From positions 64,001-128,000 of the forward strand of contig CAWHAA010000008.1 in assembly GCA_963827275.1 (NCBI GenBank): a stretch of DNA of 64,000 bases, read 5' to 3'. The first letter of the stretch is position 1. Each line of letters starts with the position of its first letter. This stretch comes from an uncultured Spirochaetota bacterium. Its GTDB lineage: Bacteria; Spirochaetota; UBA4802; UBA5550. The translations under genes were made by a program, and so were the position numbers. The notes below the pieces were generated by a model that searched no databases, was not told the DNA's origin, and saw nothing but the letters and a program-made list of their open reading frames with translations. Positions 33,401 through 43,112 of this stretch are shown piece by piece.

Positions 33401-33424
33401 GGGGCGGTCATGCAGGGGCCATGA
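30419..33424 (+). CDS. Large exported TPR / DUF3857-transglutaminase-like protein
   Basis: Signal peptide, helical repeats, C-terminal transglutaminase-like pattern (ETVLFRKRGSAENRALL, VWLDF). Confidence 0.65.
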   Translation: MSSTRTRQSIMKLICTLLILFSAVLAAAPAAPGADCSGTVQQEGSVVRSFSSGDYPRYANSLEALITRHPADPVSVLHYGDLFRLADHLGAGRIAKIAEKIRGTLAAGGDDWANACLINFNCRLEQLLYRFDPASAKRLTDELKPVRSWTLYGPYRKYGPADQRYPFQPEVVSAASEIYPQKRIRVSRADGWLDPGDHVFPAEGVVYAKASFRWRGPLRLRVFSRSLYTVFVNGRAVARNAAGSRRTMRSIRADSARGITVMVKLYGRPFERMRMLVTDTHDVPVSPEIVPDASFSGDCDASEERAFPGAAPAAGRDGDPRAAAQLGSYFDDCESEEAEACYRDSLAKRPDPGVSFRLARSLMHAGPAGRPAAYAEGLGIITGLMNREPAFFPARLRWLEHLVDAREYAKALRVAEDLSAAAPNNPFPAVIYLRLCTLRGYEKEFTDAAAKARAMYPDSVPVMEEEAGFYATRDRGRLLDSMKELLKRDITPDRVRRVIREYISRGDYRAALDLIRAHDSNSAFLDEAVEIHIRNRDFRAARNLILPALVASDRPSLYRALGLIDLLQSDDPAMYFQKALDIDPSRYEYSDYCRYLGSGMVENPFSVFLERKGPVDFSWYKKKYERYPSAVLYRGRIFMLRNDGGGRVFCEDIIQVNDGEGAAKYAEIPIPFRGNVRPVRMRVYDGTGAFTDSCELRTTGEDSFIGVRAPGKNSILHLSYIVDEPVMTARGSALFSLPAEHLQQYDEPVQSASIRVVAPAGMKVNFRFGTAVPVRTSMVEGMRVHAASIGEIPAVAHDRRGEGTGRLYSYSFSTMQGFDDFATWYGGLINEQAGQDDPPPFSAGSGRIEDAVAGVHDFISREIAPDGVGLADPAAPETVLFRKRGSAENRALLARSLLRGLGIKSYIALARNRSLPDAGTYVTHDYFTAVLLYVPLDIENAVWLDFSSGSHRCGDVAANVAGTTALVLMQGSYRFRKIESSGAVSSQKGAVPAPGAVMQGP

Positions 33425-33807
33425 ACCGGCAGGGCCGGACGGGACGGCGATCAGTATTTCTTCGCAAGTTTTTCTTTCAGCTGCTTTTTCACTCGTTTAA
33501 TTCTTTTTTTTGCCCGAGCGCGTTTTTCTCTCGCGTTATATTGTTTTCCCACCGGAAGCCTCCTGTGATTTTGTAATCAAATATTTTTTTAACGCGACTT
33601 TGTCAACATAAAAATTCATGTCCGCCGGCGCGTTCCCTCCAAGGGGAGAATTGCGTCCCGGGATGAAAGTTCGGGCTTCCCTTTGTGAATTTCAATGCGA
33701 CATAAAAAATGAATTGCAACGGCACATTCCTTCGGGTAGTATAGGTCTCTAGGCAGGTCTGAAGACAATGGAGCTCTATGCGATAACGTCTCCAGCGGAG
33801 GGGTGCG

Positions 33808-34682
33808 ATGAAGCTTAACAACGAGGCGCGGGTTGGCCTGATGATAACCGCCAGTTTCACCATTTTTATCATCCTGGTGGCGCTGCTCGCAAAAATAAAT
33901 ATTTCGCGCCAGGGTATACCCTGCGGGTCTATTTCAGCTTCCTCAATGACCTGCGGGTCAGCGCGCCGGTGAAGATCGCCGGCGGCATAAAAATCGGTTA
34001 CGTGGAATCCATCCGGCAGTCAGGTGAAAAGACCGAGATCACCGTGTGGATCGAGAAAAAATACACCCTGGTAAAGAGCACCAAGTTCGCGATATTCACG
34101 TCGGGCCTTATCGGTGAAAAATACATCAACGTGTTTGTCCCGGCGGCGGGCGACGTCGAGGAATTTCTGGCGGACGGCGACAAGGTGTACGGCATCGACC
34201 CGGCGAGCTTTGACCAGATGATGATGACCTTCCAGAGCTTCATGCAGGACGAGAGCGGCGGGCAGGTGCTCGCCGAGATATTCCAGAACTCGAAACGGTT
34301 CGTGGGCAGCCTGAACAGCACCGTTGACGAGAACCGCCCCGATGTACGCCAGTCGATCGTATCGGCGAAAGAGACGATCGCGAACCTGAACCAGCAGACG
34401 AAAGTCATGATGGCCAACATCAACCGCTTTTCGCAAAACATGGCGGAGCTGTCGGATAAAAACAAGGATGACATCAACATCACCCTGCGGAACCTCTCAG
34501 AGACTTCGACCAACCTGAACAAGATCGTGTTCCGGATCGAGAAGGGGCGCGGCACCCTGGGGCGGCTGGTGAACGAGGAGGATATCTACAACAATCTCAA
34601 AGACGCTTCGATCGCGGCCAAGGACCTGTTCCGGCAGCTCAAGCAGGACCCCTCCAAGCTCTTTTTCAGGACGCAGAACTAG
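33808..34682 (+). CDS. mlaD: MlaD/MCE family protein (frameshift near 33915)
   Basis: MKLNNEARVGL TM segment, then APVKIAGGIKIGYVESI, SGLIGEKYI, GTLGRLV. Confidence 0.85.
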
Positions 34683-34684
34683 CG

Positions 34685-36016
34685 ATGGCGCGGCAGAAAA
34701 AATTTTTCGTCTGCACCGCCTGCGGATCGGATTTCCCCAAGTGGCAGGGAAAGTGCCCCGCCTGCGGCGAATGGAACACCCTTGTCGAGGCGGACGCCCC
34801 GTCGCCGTCGAAAGCGGCGCCGGCGGCGGACATCGTACCGCTTTCCAGCGTGGGGTTCGGCGACGTCGAGCGGATCCGGACCGGCATAGCCGAGTTCAAC
34901 CTGGTGTGCGGCGGCGGCGTGGTCCCCGGGTCGGTGCTCCTGATCGGCGGCGAGCCGGGCATCGGCAAATCGACGCTGGCGCTCCAGGTGGCCGGTTTTT
35001 TTAACACGCTCTACATCTCGGGGGAGGAGTCGCCGCGGCAGATACGGCTCCGCGCCGGGCGGCTCGGCAGCCCGCTGGAAAATATACACCTGTCGACCGC
35101 GACCGATGTGGAGCAGATCATCGGCCTGGCGGAGTCATCGCGGCCGCAGTGCATCATCATCGACTCGATACAGACCCTCTATTCGTCGGACATCCCGGGG
35201 CTCAGGGGGTCGGTGAGCCAGGTCCGCGAGTCGGCGTCGCGGCTGGCGGGCGCGGCCAAGGCCCTGAACGCGGTCCTGATACTGATCGGGCACATCACCA
35301 AGGAGGGGGCCATCGCCGGCCCCAAGCTCCTGGAGCACCTGGTGGACACGGTCCTCTATTTCGAGGGGAATTTCTCGCGCGACTACCGCGTCCTGCGCGC
35401 GTTCAAGAACCGGTTCGGATCGGTGAACGAGATCGGGCTCTTCCGCATGGAGGAGCGGGGCCTGGTGGAGGTGACCGACAAGAACAAGATATTCCTCAAC
35501 CCCTACCTTTCGTCAGCGCCGGGGAACGCGGTCTCCGCCGCGGTGGAGGGGAGCAGGATCATCCTGTTCGAGGTGCAGTCGCTGGTGACCGGGTCCGCGT
35601 TTCAGAACCCGCGGCGGATGGCGGACGGCTTCGACCTGAACAGGCTCATCCTGATCGCGGCGGTGCTCGACAAGCACGCGGGACTGAACCTCAATTCGCA
35701 CGACGTGTTCATCAACGTGTCGGGCGGGTTCCAGATCAGCGATACCGCGGCGGACCTCGCGGTGGCAATGTCCATCGCGTCAAGCTTCATGAACAAGGCG
35801 ATCCCGCACGGGACAGGGTTCCTGGGCGAGATATCCCTCTCGGGCGAGATACGCCCGGTGTCGCTGTGCGGCAGGAGGATACAGGAATTCAAGCACTCCG
35901 GCTTCTCCGCGCTGGTCCTGCCGGAGGCTGAAATCAACGAAGCAAAATCGGCCGGCTTCACCGGCGAGGTGATCGGCATCCAGAATATCAGGGACGTGAT
36001 AGGAAAACTATTATGA
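34685..36016 (+). CDS. radA: DNA repair protein RadA
   Basis: CxxC..KWQGKCPACGEWN, GEPGIGKST, KNRFG. Confidence 0.97.
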   Translation: MARQKKFFVCTACGSDFPKWQGKCPACGEWNTLVEADAPSPSKAAPAADIVPLSSVGFGDVERIRTGIAEFNLVCGGGVVPGSVLLIGGEPGIGKSTLALQVAGFFNTLYISGEESPRQIRLRAGRLGSPLENIHLSTATDVEQIIGLAESSRPQCIIIDSIQTLYSSDIPGLRGSVSQVRESASRLAGAAKALNAVLILIGHITKEGAIAGPKLLEHLVDTVLYFEGNFSRDYRVLRAFKNRFGSVNEIGLFRMEERGLVEVTDKNKIFLNPYLSSAPGNAVSAAVEGSRIILFEVQSLVTGSAFQNPRRMADGFDLNRLILIAAVLDKHAGLNLNSHDVFINVSGGFQISDTAADLAVAMSIASSFMNKAIPHGTGFLGEISLSGEIRPVSLCGRRIQEFKHSGFSALVLPEAEINEAKSAGFTGEVIGIQNIRDVIGKLL

Positions 36017-36978
36017 ATAAAAAACCTGTCGTCATAGCGCACCGCGGCGCGTGCGGATACCTGCCCGAGCACACCCTGGAAGGCAAGGCCGCCGCCTTCG
36101 GTATGGGCGCGGATTTTGTCGAGCTCGACGCGATCCTGACAAAGGACAACCGGCCGATCGTCATGCATGACCATTACCTTGACGCGCTGACGAACGTTGC
36201 CGATATCTTTCCGGACAGGAAGAGGAAGGACGGCCGGCACTACGCGATCGATTTTACCCTGGAAGAGATCCGGCGGCTCAGCCTCCATGAGCGGATCAAC
36301 CTCGCGACCGGGATGGCTGAATACCCGGGGCGCTTTCCCGCCGGGTCCGGGACGCGCTTCCGCATTCCCGCGCTGGAAGAGGAGCTCGACCTGATACGCG
36401 GGCTGAACAAAAGCATGGGGAAAAATGTCGGAATCTACATCGAGCCCAAGGGGCCCGCGTATCACCGGGGCGAGGGGAAAAGAATTGAAGACCCGGTCCT
36501 TGGCGTGCTCCGCGATTTCGGCTATACGGACAAGGGCTCCAACTGCTACATCCAGAGCTTCGAGCCGGAGAGCATCCGGTACATGCAGGAGACGCTGAAG
36601 AGCAGGCTCTTCATGGTGCAGCTGATCGGCGACACTGCCTGGGAAGAGACCCCTGGCGTGGATTACCATGCCATGATGACGCCCGGCGGCATGGATGAAG
36701 TGGCGCGCTATGCCGACGGCATCGGCCCGTGGATGAACCAGGTCGCGGCGGATAATAACGACGGCAGCGCGCCTGCGTTCAGCAGCCTCGTCGACATGGC
36801 GCATGAAAGAAAACTGGAGGTCAATCCCTATACCTTCAGGGCGGACGCGCTCCCCTCCTATGTGAAAAATTTTGATGACCTGCTCGATATGTTCTTCGTG
36901 AAGATCGGGGTTGACGGGATCTTTACCGACTTTCCTGACCGTGCCGTCGATTTTCTGAAGCGCACGGGGATGCGCTGA
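36013..36978 (+). CDS. glpQ: Glycerophosphodiester phosphodiesterase
   Basis: IAHRGACGYLPEHT, ELD, HDHYLD, DGIFTDFPD. Confidence 0.93.
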   Translation: MNKKPVVIAHRGACGYLPEHTLEGKAAAFGMGADFVELDAILTKDNRPIVMHDHYLDALTNVADIFPDRKRKDGRHYAIDFTLEEIRRLSLHERINLATGMAEYPGRFPAGSGTRFRIPALEEELDLIRGLNKSMGKNVGIYIEPKGPAYHRGEGKRIEDPVLGVLRDFGYTDKGSNCYIQSFEPESIRYMQETLKSRLFMVQLIGDTAWEETPGVDYHAMMTPGGMDEVARYADGIGPWMNQVAADNNDGSAPAFSSLVDMAHERKLEVNPYTFRADALPSYVKNFDDLLDMFFVKIGVDGIFTDFPDRAVDFLKRTGMR

Positions 36979-37665
36979 TCAGAGGTTCCGCTCGATGACC
37001 GCCAGTATCTCTCCCTTTTCGGCCGCGCGCCCGACCGAGTCGATGTCGAGCGAGAAGGCGCCCCTGCCGCCGTTGTATTCGGACACGGAATAGTAGAAGA
37101 CCGGCCCCGCGCAGGCGGCCAGGTATTTCGCATGGATCTCGAGGGCCTCGCGGAGGATCGTCCTGATCACCTCGTCGCGCTGGAAGGCGATCGGGTACCG
37201 CTCCACGAGCAGGTCCAGCAGCCATGCGGTGGATGCGGGGTCAATGACCGCGATGGTGTAGCAGTACCAGTCGTCGATAAGGGCGATCAGGCTTTTTTTA
37301 TGTTCCGCGGAGAGAAGCGTGTGGGCCGGGCAGAGGAAGCCGTTGCAGATCTGTTCCCCGAAAAAGGACCTGTGCCGCATCGTGTCGGTCCGGTAGCGGG
37401 GATGCAGGAGGCAGCCCGGCCGCTTGTTGAATATGAGCCCCTGGTGCGGGCAGATGTAGGATGTCAGGTCCCGGACGTCCCTGCCGTCGCCCTGGTCGGT
37501 GATGTCGCTGGCGGAGAGGCACGACGAGGAGCGCTCCGCCCCCCGGGCGAGGAACCGGGTGAGCGCTGCCCGCGAAATGTCTACGAAGTTCAGGAGCCCG
37601 CAGCACGCGGAACAGCTTTTAACGGTGTCGGGCTGGCAGAGAATGATTGTTTCATAATAGCTCAT
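36979..37665 (-). CDS. Hypothetical cysteine-rich protein
   Basis: LCQP..SCSACCGL, GCLLHP, IC.GFLCP; start overlaps the aconitase stop. Confidence 0.7.
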   Translation of the reverse strand: MSYYETIILCQPDTVKSCSACCGLLNFVDISRAALTRFLARGAERSSSCLSASDITDQGDGRDVRDLTSYICPHQGLIFNKRPGCLLHPRYRTDTMRHRSFFGEQICNGFLCPAHTLLSAEHKKSLIALIDDWYCYTIAVIDPASTAWLLDLLVERYPIAFQRDEVIRTILREALEIHAKYLAACAGPVFYYSVSEYNGGRGAFSLDIDSVGRAAEKGEILAVIERNL

Positions 37666-39596
37666 GCGCCGAATTTTTTCTTCGTGTAGTTCAGCAGGCC
37701 TCCCTCGAGGAGTATCGCCCGCTGTCTCCCTGTCGCCGCCAGCGTGAAGGGGTATTCCGCGCCGGCGATGGCGACCCTGATCTCGTCGGCCTTCATGATG
37801 CGGTCCCTGAGCCCGGCTAGCATGAATTCGTCGCCGGCATTGATATGCTCGTAATCCCCCGGGTCCCGGAACACGAGGGGGATGATCCCGAAATTGATCA
37901 GGTTGTCAGCATGGATGCGCTCGAAGGATTTCGCCATCACCAGCCGCACGCCCAGGTGCATGGGGCATATGGCGGCGTGCTCGCGGCTTGACCCCTGCCC
38001 GTAGCTTGCCCCGCCCAGTATCGCGGTATAGGTCCCCTTCAGCTTGTCCGCCAGCGCGCGCTTCGCGAACCCCGGGTCAACGTTTTCGAAGACGAATTCC
38101 GAATACTTCGGGATGTTCGACCGGTACTTGAGCCGGGGTCCCGCCGGCATGATGTGGTCGGTGGTGATCTTGTCCCCCACCTTCAGGCCGATGACGCCCC
38201 GGAGGTCATCGAGGAGGGGCGCCGTGCGGGGCGGCTCGCCGATGTTCGGGCCCCTGATGATGCTGACCGGGGTCTCCGAAGGGGGCACTATCATCGAGTC
38301 GTCGATATGGAATGCTTCCGCCGGCGCGATGACCGGGAATTGATTATCGGGCTGATCAAGCGGATTGACCAGCGTCCCGGCGATCGCGGAGAGTGCGGCG
38401 GTCTCGGGACTTACCAGGTAGACCTGCCCGGACGCGGTGCCCGACCGGCCCTCAAAATTGCGGTTATTGGTACGGAGGGAAACGCCGCCGGTCGGGGGCG
38501 CCTGCCCCGCGCCGATGCAGAAGCCGCAGGCGGACTCCATGATGCGCGCTCCGCTGGCGATGATCTCCGCCAGGGCGCCGTTGCGGGCGATCATCTCGAG
38601 TACCTGCCGCGATCCCGGGGCCACGATGAGGCTCACGCCGGGGGCCGCGTTCTTTCCCCTGAGGATCCCCGCGACGGTCATCAGGTCCTTGTACGATGAA
38701 TTGGTGCAGCTGCCGATCGCGACCTGCTGCACCGGCATGCCTTTTATCCCGGCTATTGCTTTGATGTTGTCAGGAGAATGGGGGCAGGCCGCCATCGGCT
38801 CTATTGCCGAAAGGTCGATGTCGATGACGCGGTCATACTCCGCGTCGGGGTCCGGGAGCAGCTCGCGCCAGGAGGCGCCACGGCCCTGCGCGGCGAGGAA
38901 TTGTCGGGTCACATTGTCGCTCGGGAAGAGCGAGGTGGTCACGCCCAGCTCGGCCCCCATGTTGGTGATGGTGGCGCGCTCGGGGACCGAGAGGGTGCGG
39001 ACCCCGTCGCCCGTGTACTCGATCGCGGTGCCGACGTTTCCCCTGGTCGTCAGGATGCCGAGGAGGGTGAGGATCACATCCTTTGCCGAGACCCAGTGGC
39101 GCAGCCTGCCGTGGAGCCGGACATTGATGACCCGCGGCGCGGCCAGGTAAAAGGGGCCGCCGCCCATGGCCACCGCGACGTCCAGGCCGCCCGCGCCGAT
39201 GGCGACCATGCCGATGCCGCCGCCGGTGGGCGTGTGGCTGTCGGAGCCCAGGAGCGTCGCGCCGGGCCTGCCGAAGCGCTCAAGGTGCACCTGGTGGCAG
39301 ATGCCGTTCCCCGCCAGCGAATGGTAGATGCCGTAATTCGCGTTCATGGTGCGGAGATAGGCGTGGTCGTCTGCGTTCTCGAACCCCATCTGGATGGTGT
39401 TGTGATCGACGTAGGACACCGACAGCTCGGTCTTGACCCGCGGGATGCCGAGCGCCTCGAACTGGAGATAGGCCATGGTGCCGGTCGCGTCCTGCGTCAG
39501 GGTCTGGTCGATCCTGATGCCGATCTCGCTGCCCGGCGAGAGGGTGCCCTCGACCAGGTGCTCGCGTAATATCTTGTAAAAAACCGATTGTCCCAT
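37662..39596 (-). CDS. Aconitate hydratase (aconitase family)
   Basis: TQDATG, GICHQVH, GSDSHT, IGSCTNS, ACGFCIG, TTDHI, GSSREHAA. Confidence 0.93.
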   Translation of the reverse strand: MGQSVFYKILREHLVEGTLSPGSEIGIRIDQTLTQDATGTMAYLQFEALGIPRVKTELSVSYVDHNTIQMGFENADDHAYLRTMNANYGIYHSLAGNGICHQVHLERFGRPGATLLGSDSHTPTGGGIGMVAIGAGGLDVAVAMGGGPFYLAAPRVINVRLHGRLRHWVSAKDVILTLLGILTTRGNVGTAIEYTGDGVRTLSVPERATITNMGAELGVTTSLFPSDNVTRQFLAAQGRGASWRELLPDPDAEYDRVIDIDLSAIEPMAACPHSPDNIKAIAGIKGMPVQQVAIGSCTNSSYKDLMTVAGILRGKNAAPGVSLIVAPGSRQVLEMIARNGALAEIIASGARIMESACGFCIGAGQAPPTGGVSLRTNNRNFEGRSGTASGQVYLVSPETAALSAIAGTLVNPLDQPDNQFPVIAPAEAFHIDDSMIVPPSETPVSIIRGPNIGEPPRTAPLLDDLRGVIGLKVGDKITTDHIMPAGPRLKYRSNIPKYSEFVFENVDPGFAKRALADKLKGTYTAILGGASYGQGSSREHAAICPMHLGVRLVMAKSFERIHADNLINFGIIPLVFRDPGDYEHINAGDEFMLAGLRDRIMKADEIRVAIAGAEYPFTLAATGRQRAILLEGGLLNYTKKKFGA

Positions 39597-39971
39597 GGCG
39601 TTCCCCCGGCTGTCATTGTTTGCTTCGGATGATATCCAGATGGGTTTCAGGCCTGTTGTTTTCAAGTACTTTTCATGAAAAAGGCAGACGAAATCACCAT
39701 CTATTCATTGCGCCTGATAGAGTGCCGGCCCGGGGGCCTTGAATTATTTTCTTCTGATATGAATAAAATGGGCGTGGTCCATTCGTCACTATGTCAGGGG
39801 ATACCTGAATGCCTGCAGTGCCTCATTGCACCGATGGTTTTTACAAGAATAAATATGTACTCTTTATATCGTCGCGCCGTTCAGGGCCCAATGATCCGCT
39901 TATGCACGAACCATGGACCCGGGCGCGTAATGGCAGAAGAGTGAATCAAACACGAATTTCAGCTGCAGGGC

Positions 39972-40160
39972 TCAATGAACGCTTTTGAATTTCGTTATCA
40001 GATTCTCTATCTGCGTTTCCTCGGCCTTGACGATCTCTTTGTAATCGTTGGTGACCGTATGGTGCCGTTCAACCATGACGGTTTTAAGCTCCCTTTCAAG
40101 CAACAGGGTGATAAACTCAAGATCATTTTTTGATAATTCGAGATTCATAGAAACCTCCAA
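39972..40160 (-). CDS. Small hypothetical protein
   Basis: Short helical ORF; ggagg precedes the second Met. Confidence 0.55.
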   Translation of the reverse strand: MEVSMNLELSKNDLEFITLLLERELKTVMVERHHTVTNDYKEIVKAEETQIENLITKFKSVH

Positions 40161-40414
40161 TTATAATTATAAAAGTGGAGAACCAGTATGTCTCTGCGAA
40201 CTAAGACCTCACTATTAATATATCAATAAAAAACAATAATTCAAAAAAAATGTGGCATATTTCACCAGGCATGGCACGTACCGCAAGAAGGGCCGCTGCC
40301 CGGTATAGGCGATATCAGGCTGATTAGCCGGCGGACTGTGAAATGGAGCCGGCAACTTGCCGCATGATATATTTTTAGGATATATTCCGCAGCAATAGGG
40401 CCGATAATGAGTGT

Positions 40415-40696
40415 ATGAGAATATCATCCGGCATGGCCGAAATAACCTTCAATCGCCTTTCAGATGAAACAATCTACGTGTGGCCCCGGTATACGGAGGG
40501 GCGGGTTGAAAATATCAGGAACGTGTCCCGGCGGACCGATCCGTCTTTCGCCTACTATACGCCCTCCCCTGAAGAGAGGGAACGCGTATTCGACCTGTAC
40601 CGCAGCGAATTAAACGCGGAGTATTCTCAAGCAGGCAGAATCACGAGGTCCGCGCCGGGGATCAGGCCCGGTTTGCTCTTTGACGCAATCGCCTGA
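40415..40696 (+). CDS. Hypothetical protein
   Basis: 93-aa ORF ending PGLLFDAIA, convergent with flaB at a shared terminator. Confidence 0.6.
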   Translation: MRISSGMAEITFNRLSDETIYVWPRYTEGRVENIRNVSRRTDPSFAYYTPSPEERERVFDLYRSELNAEYSQAGRITRSAPGIRPGLLFDAIA

Positions 40697-40727
40697 CGAC
40701 GGGACCACGACTCAATGTTTTGCCAAT

Positions 40728-40754
40728 AAAAAACCCGCTCTTTCGAGCGGGTTT
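40728..40754. terminator. Intrinsic terminator downstream of flaB
   Basis: aaaaaacccgctc-tttc-gagcgggttt. Confidence 0.85.
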
Positions 40755-40801
40755 GCTTTGAGAAAGGCGGTATTCCCTTTTGATGTTCAGTCGTTTTTTT
40801 A

Positions 40802-41653
40802 TCAGCCGCCGAGAAGCTGCAGAATCGTCCTCGTCTTCAGATTTGCCTGAGCCAGCATTGCAGTACCACTCTGGACAAGAATCTGGTCCTTGGACAGGTC
40901 TACTAACGTTTCCGCCAGGTCGGCATCCCTTATGCGGCTTTCGGATGCCTGTGTATTTTCGTAGGCGTTCAACAGACCTTTCGCAGCAAACTCGAGCCGG
41001 TTGTAATAGGCACCGAGGTCTGCTCTCTGTTTTGCAATCTTGTGGAGAGAGTCGTCGATGACGCCAATCGCCCTGTTCGAACCGTCGGCGGTGCTGAGGT
41101 TGACAAGGAACTTACCGGTCCTTTCTCTCAGGTTCAGCCCTTCGGCCGTCATGGTGCCGATATAGACGCGCTCACGCTGGTGCATGTTCGGGCCCATGTG
41201 GAACCACATCGAGGCTTTCGGGTTGGTCCGTGCATAATCGCCGAGAAGCAGTTTGAACTTATTGAACTCCGCCTGTGAAGCGATCCGGTCCACTTCGTCG
41301 ATCATGGCCGATACTTCGACCTGGATGAGCTGACGGTCTTCCTGGGTATAGATACCGTTGGAAGACTGGACAGCCAGCACCCGGATCCTCTGGAGGATCG
41401 AAGAGGTGTTGTCGAGATATCCTTCCGTGGTCTGGACGAACGACATACCGTCTTCGGTATTGCGCTCGGCCTGACGGAGGCCCTGGATCTGGGTCCGCAT
41501 CTTTTCAGAAACGGCGAGTCCGGAGGCGTCGTCACCGGCCCGGTTGATACGCATGCCGGATGACATCTTCTCCATAGATTTGTTAACGTCCCAGTGCTTG
41601 AATTTCAACACCCTGTTGGAGTTGATCGCACTCATGTTGTGATTGATTATCAT
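40802..41653 (-). CDS. flaB: Periplasmic flagellar core flagellin
   Basis: [47 protein letters not shown]. Confidence 0.97.
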   Translation of the reverse strand: MIINHNMSAINSNRVLKFKHWDVNKSMEKMSSGMRINRAGDDASGLAVSEKMRTQIQGLRQAERNTEDGMSFVQTTEGYLDNTSSILQRIRVLAVQSSNGIYTQEDRQLIQVEVSAMIDEVDRIASQAEFNKFKLLLGDYARTNPKASMWFHMGPNMHQRERVYIGTMTAEGLNLRERTGKFLVNLSTADGSNRAIGVIDDSLHKIAKQRADLGAYYNRLEFAAKGLLNAYENTQASESRIRDADLAETLVDLSKDQILVQSGTAMLAQANLKTRTILQLLGG

Positions 41654-41678
41654 AGTCTAACACTCCTTTGTTGACTTT

Positions 41679-41700
41679 TTCCTGATCTCCGTATCAGGAA
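41679..41700 (-). promoter_or_regulatory. Putative CsrA-binding hairpin in flaB 5' UTR
   Basis: Minus strand ttcctgat-ACGGAG-atcaggaa, followed by SD aaggag. Confidence 0.65.
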
Positions 41701-41893
41701 TTTGAATACCAGGTTATTTGATTTTTGTTTATTGGGAATACCCGCTGGCGCATTGCTGCAACCATCGTTATCTAACTCGTAGATCGGGATGCTTGCCGCA
41801 ATTTCTGTGTGACGTGCCAGAGTTTTCAAAGAGCCTGCCCCGCCGGCCTTTCAGCCGGCGGAACAAAAAATATGATTATAAACCACTAAAACC

Positions 41894-42739
41894 CTACTTT
41901 AACAGTTCCAGTATCAGCTGGGACTTGTTGTTCGCCTGGGCCAGCATCGCCGTGCCCGCCTGCACCAGCACGATGGACTTCGTGAAATCGACCATGGTCT
42001 CCGCCATGTCGGCGTCCCGAATCCTGCTCTCCGACGCCTGCGTATTCTCGTAGGCGTTCAGCAGGCCCTTGGCCGCGTGCTCGAGCCGGTTGTAATAGGC
42101 GCCGAGGTCGGCCCGCTGTTTCGATATTATCCGTATCGCCTCGTCGAAGACGCCGATGCTCCGGTTCGCGCTGTCCGCCGTCGAAAGGCTGATGGGGTTC
42201 CCGATGAAGTCCCTGACCCCGAGGCTGATGGCGGACATGGTCTGTATGAATACGCGCTCGCGCTGGTGCATGTTCGGGCCCATGTGGAACCACATGGACG
42301 CCTTCGGGTCGGTCCGCGAAAAGTCGCCGAGGAGGAGGTTCATCTTGTTGAATTCCGCCTGCGAGGCGATGCGGTCGACCTCGTCGACCAGCTCGGAAAT
42401 TTCAACCTGGATGTATTGACGGTCTTCCGCCGTATAGATGCCGTTCGATGATTGTACCGCGAGGACCCTCATCCGCTGGATGATGTTGGTCACTTCCTGG
42501 AGGTAGCCTTCGGTGGTCTGGATGAGCGACATGCCGTCTTCGGTGTTCCGCTCGGCCTGCCGGAGTCCCTGGATCTGCGATCTCATTTTTTCGGAAACCG
42601 CGAGGCCGGAAGCGTCGTCCCCGGCCCTGTTGATCCTCATGCCGGAAGAGAGCTTTTCCATCGCGTGGTCAACGTCCCAGTGCTGGAACTTCAGCACACG
42701 GTGCGTATTGATCGCAGACAGGTTATGATTGATGATCAT
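41894..42739 (-). CDS. flaB: Periplasmic flagellar core flagellin (second paralogue)
   Basis: MIINHNLSA start after SD ggagg; same FlaB motifs. Confidence 0.97.
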   Translation of the reverse strand: MIINHNLSAINTHRVLKFQHWDVDHAMEKLSSGMRINRAGDDASGLAVSEKMRSQIQGLRQAERNTEDGMSLIQTTEGYLQEVTNIIQRMRVLAVQSSNGIYTAEDRQYIQVEISELVDEVDRIASQAEFNKMNLLLGDFSRTDPKASMWFHMGPNMHQRERVFIQTMSAISLGVRDFIGNPISLSTADSANRSIGVFDEAIRIISKQRADLGAYYNRLEHAAKGLLNAYENTQASESRIRDADMAETMVDFTKSIVLVQAGTAMLAQANNKSQLILELLK

Positions 42740-42740
42740 T

Positions 42741-42785
42741 AAGATTCCTCCATGAATCTTAGCCCGGCCGGCCTCCGTGCCAGCC
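42741..42785 (-). promoter_or_regulatory. Two putative CsrA-binding hairpins in flaB 5' UTR
   Basis: Minus strand ggctggc-ACGGAG-gccggcc and aagattc-ATGGAG-gaatctt (the latter contains the SD). Confidence 0.65.
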
Positions 42786-43112
42786 TGATCGGTTTTCACC
42801 TCTCATGCATATGGTCGGATCAGATATGAAATAAATTGAAGGCGATTACAGTCGATTACAGGCGATTAAAGTGGTTTAATTGTTAATGCAAGGTTTTATT
42901 GATGCTTTTTGACATATTTAGAATTTTTTTGCCTTTTATGCCCATTCAAATTGTCGGAATTTGAAAATTTACTGTTAGCATTTTTTTTATTTTTTTTTAC
43001 AATTTTCACTGTATTATTCATGATAGGGTCATAAATGCTGATAAATCATGTTTTTTTAATATAATAATTCAGTTTAGATGGCGATCTTTTTATAAGAAAT
43101 AAAAAAGGTTTA

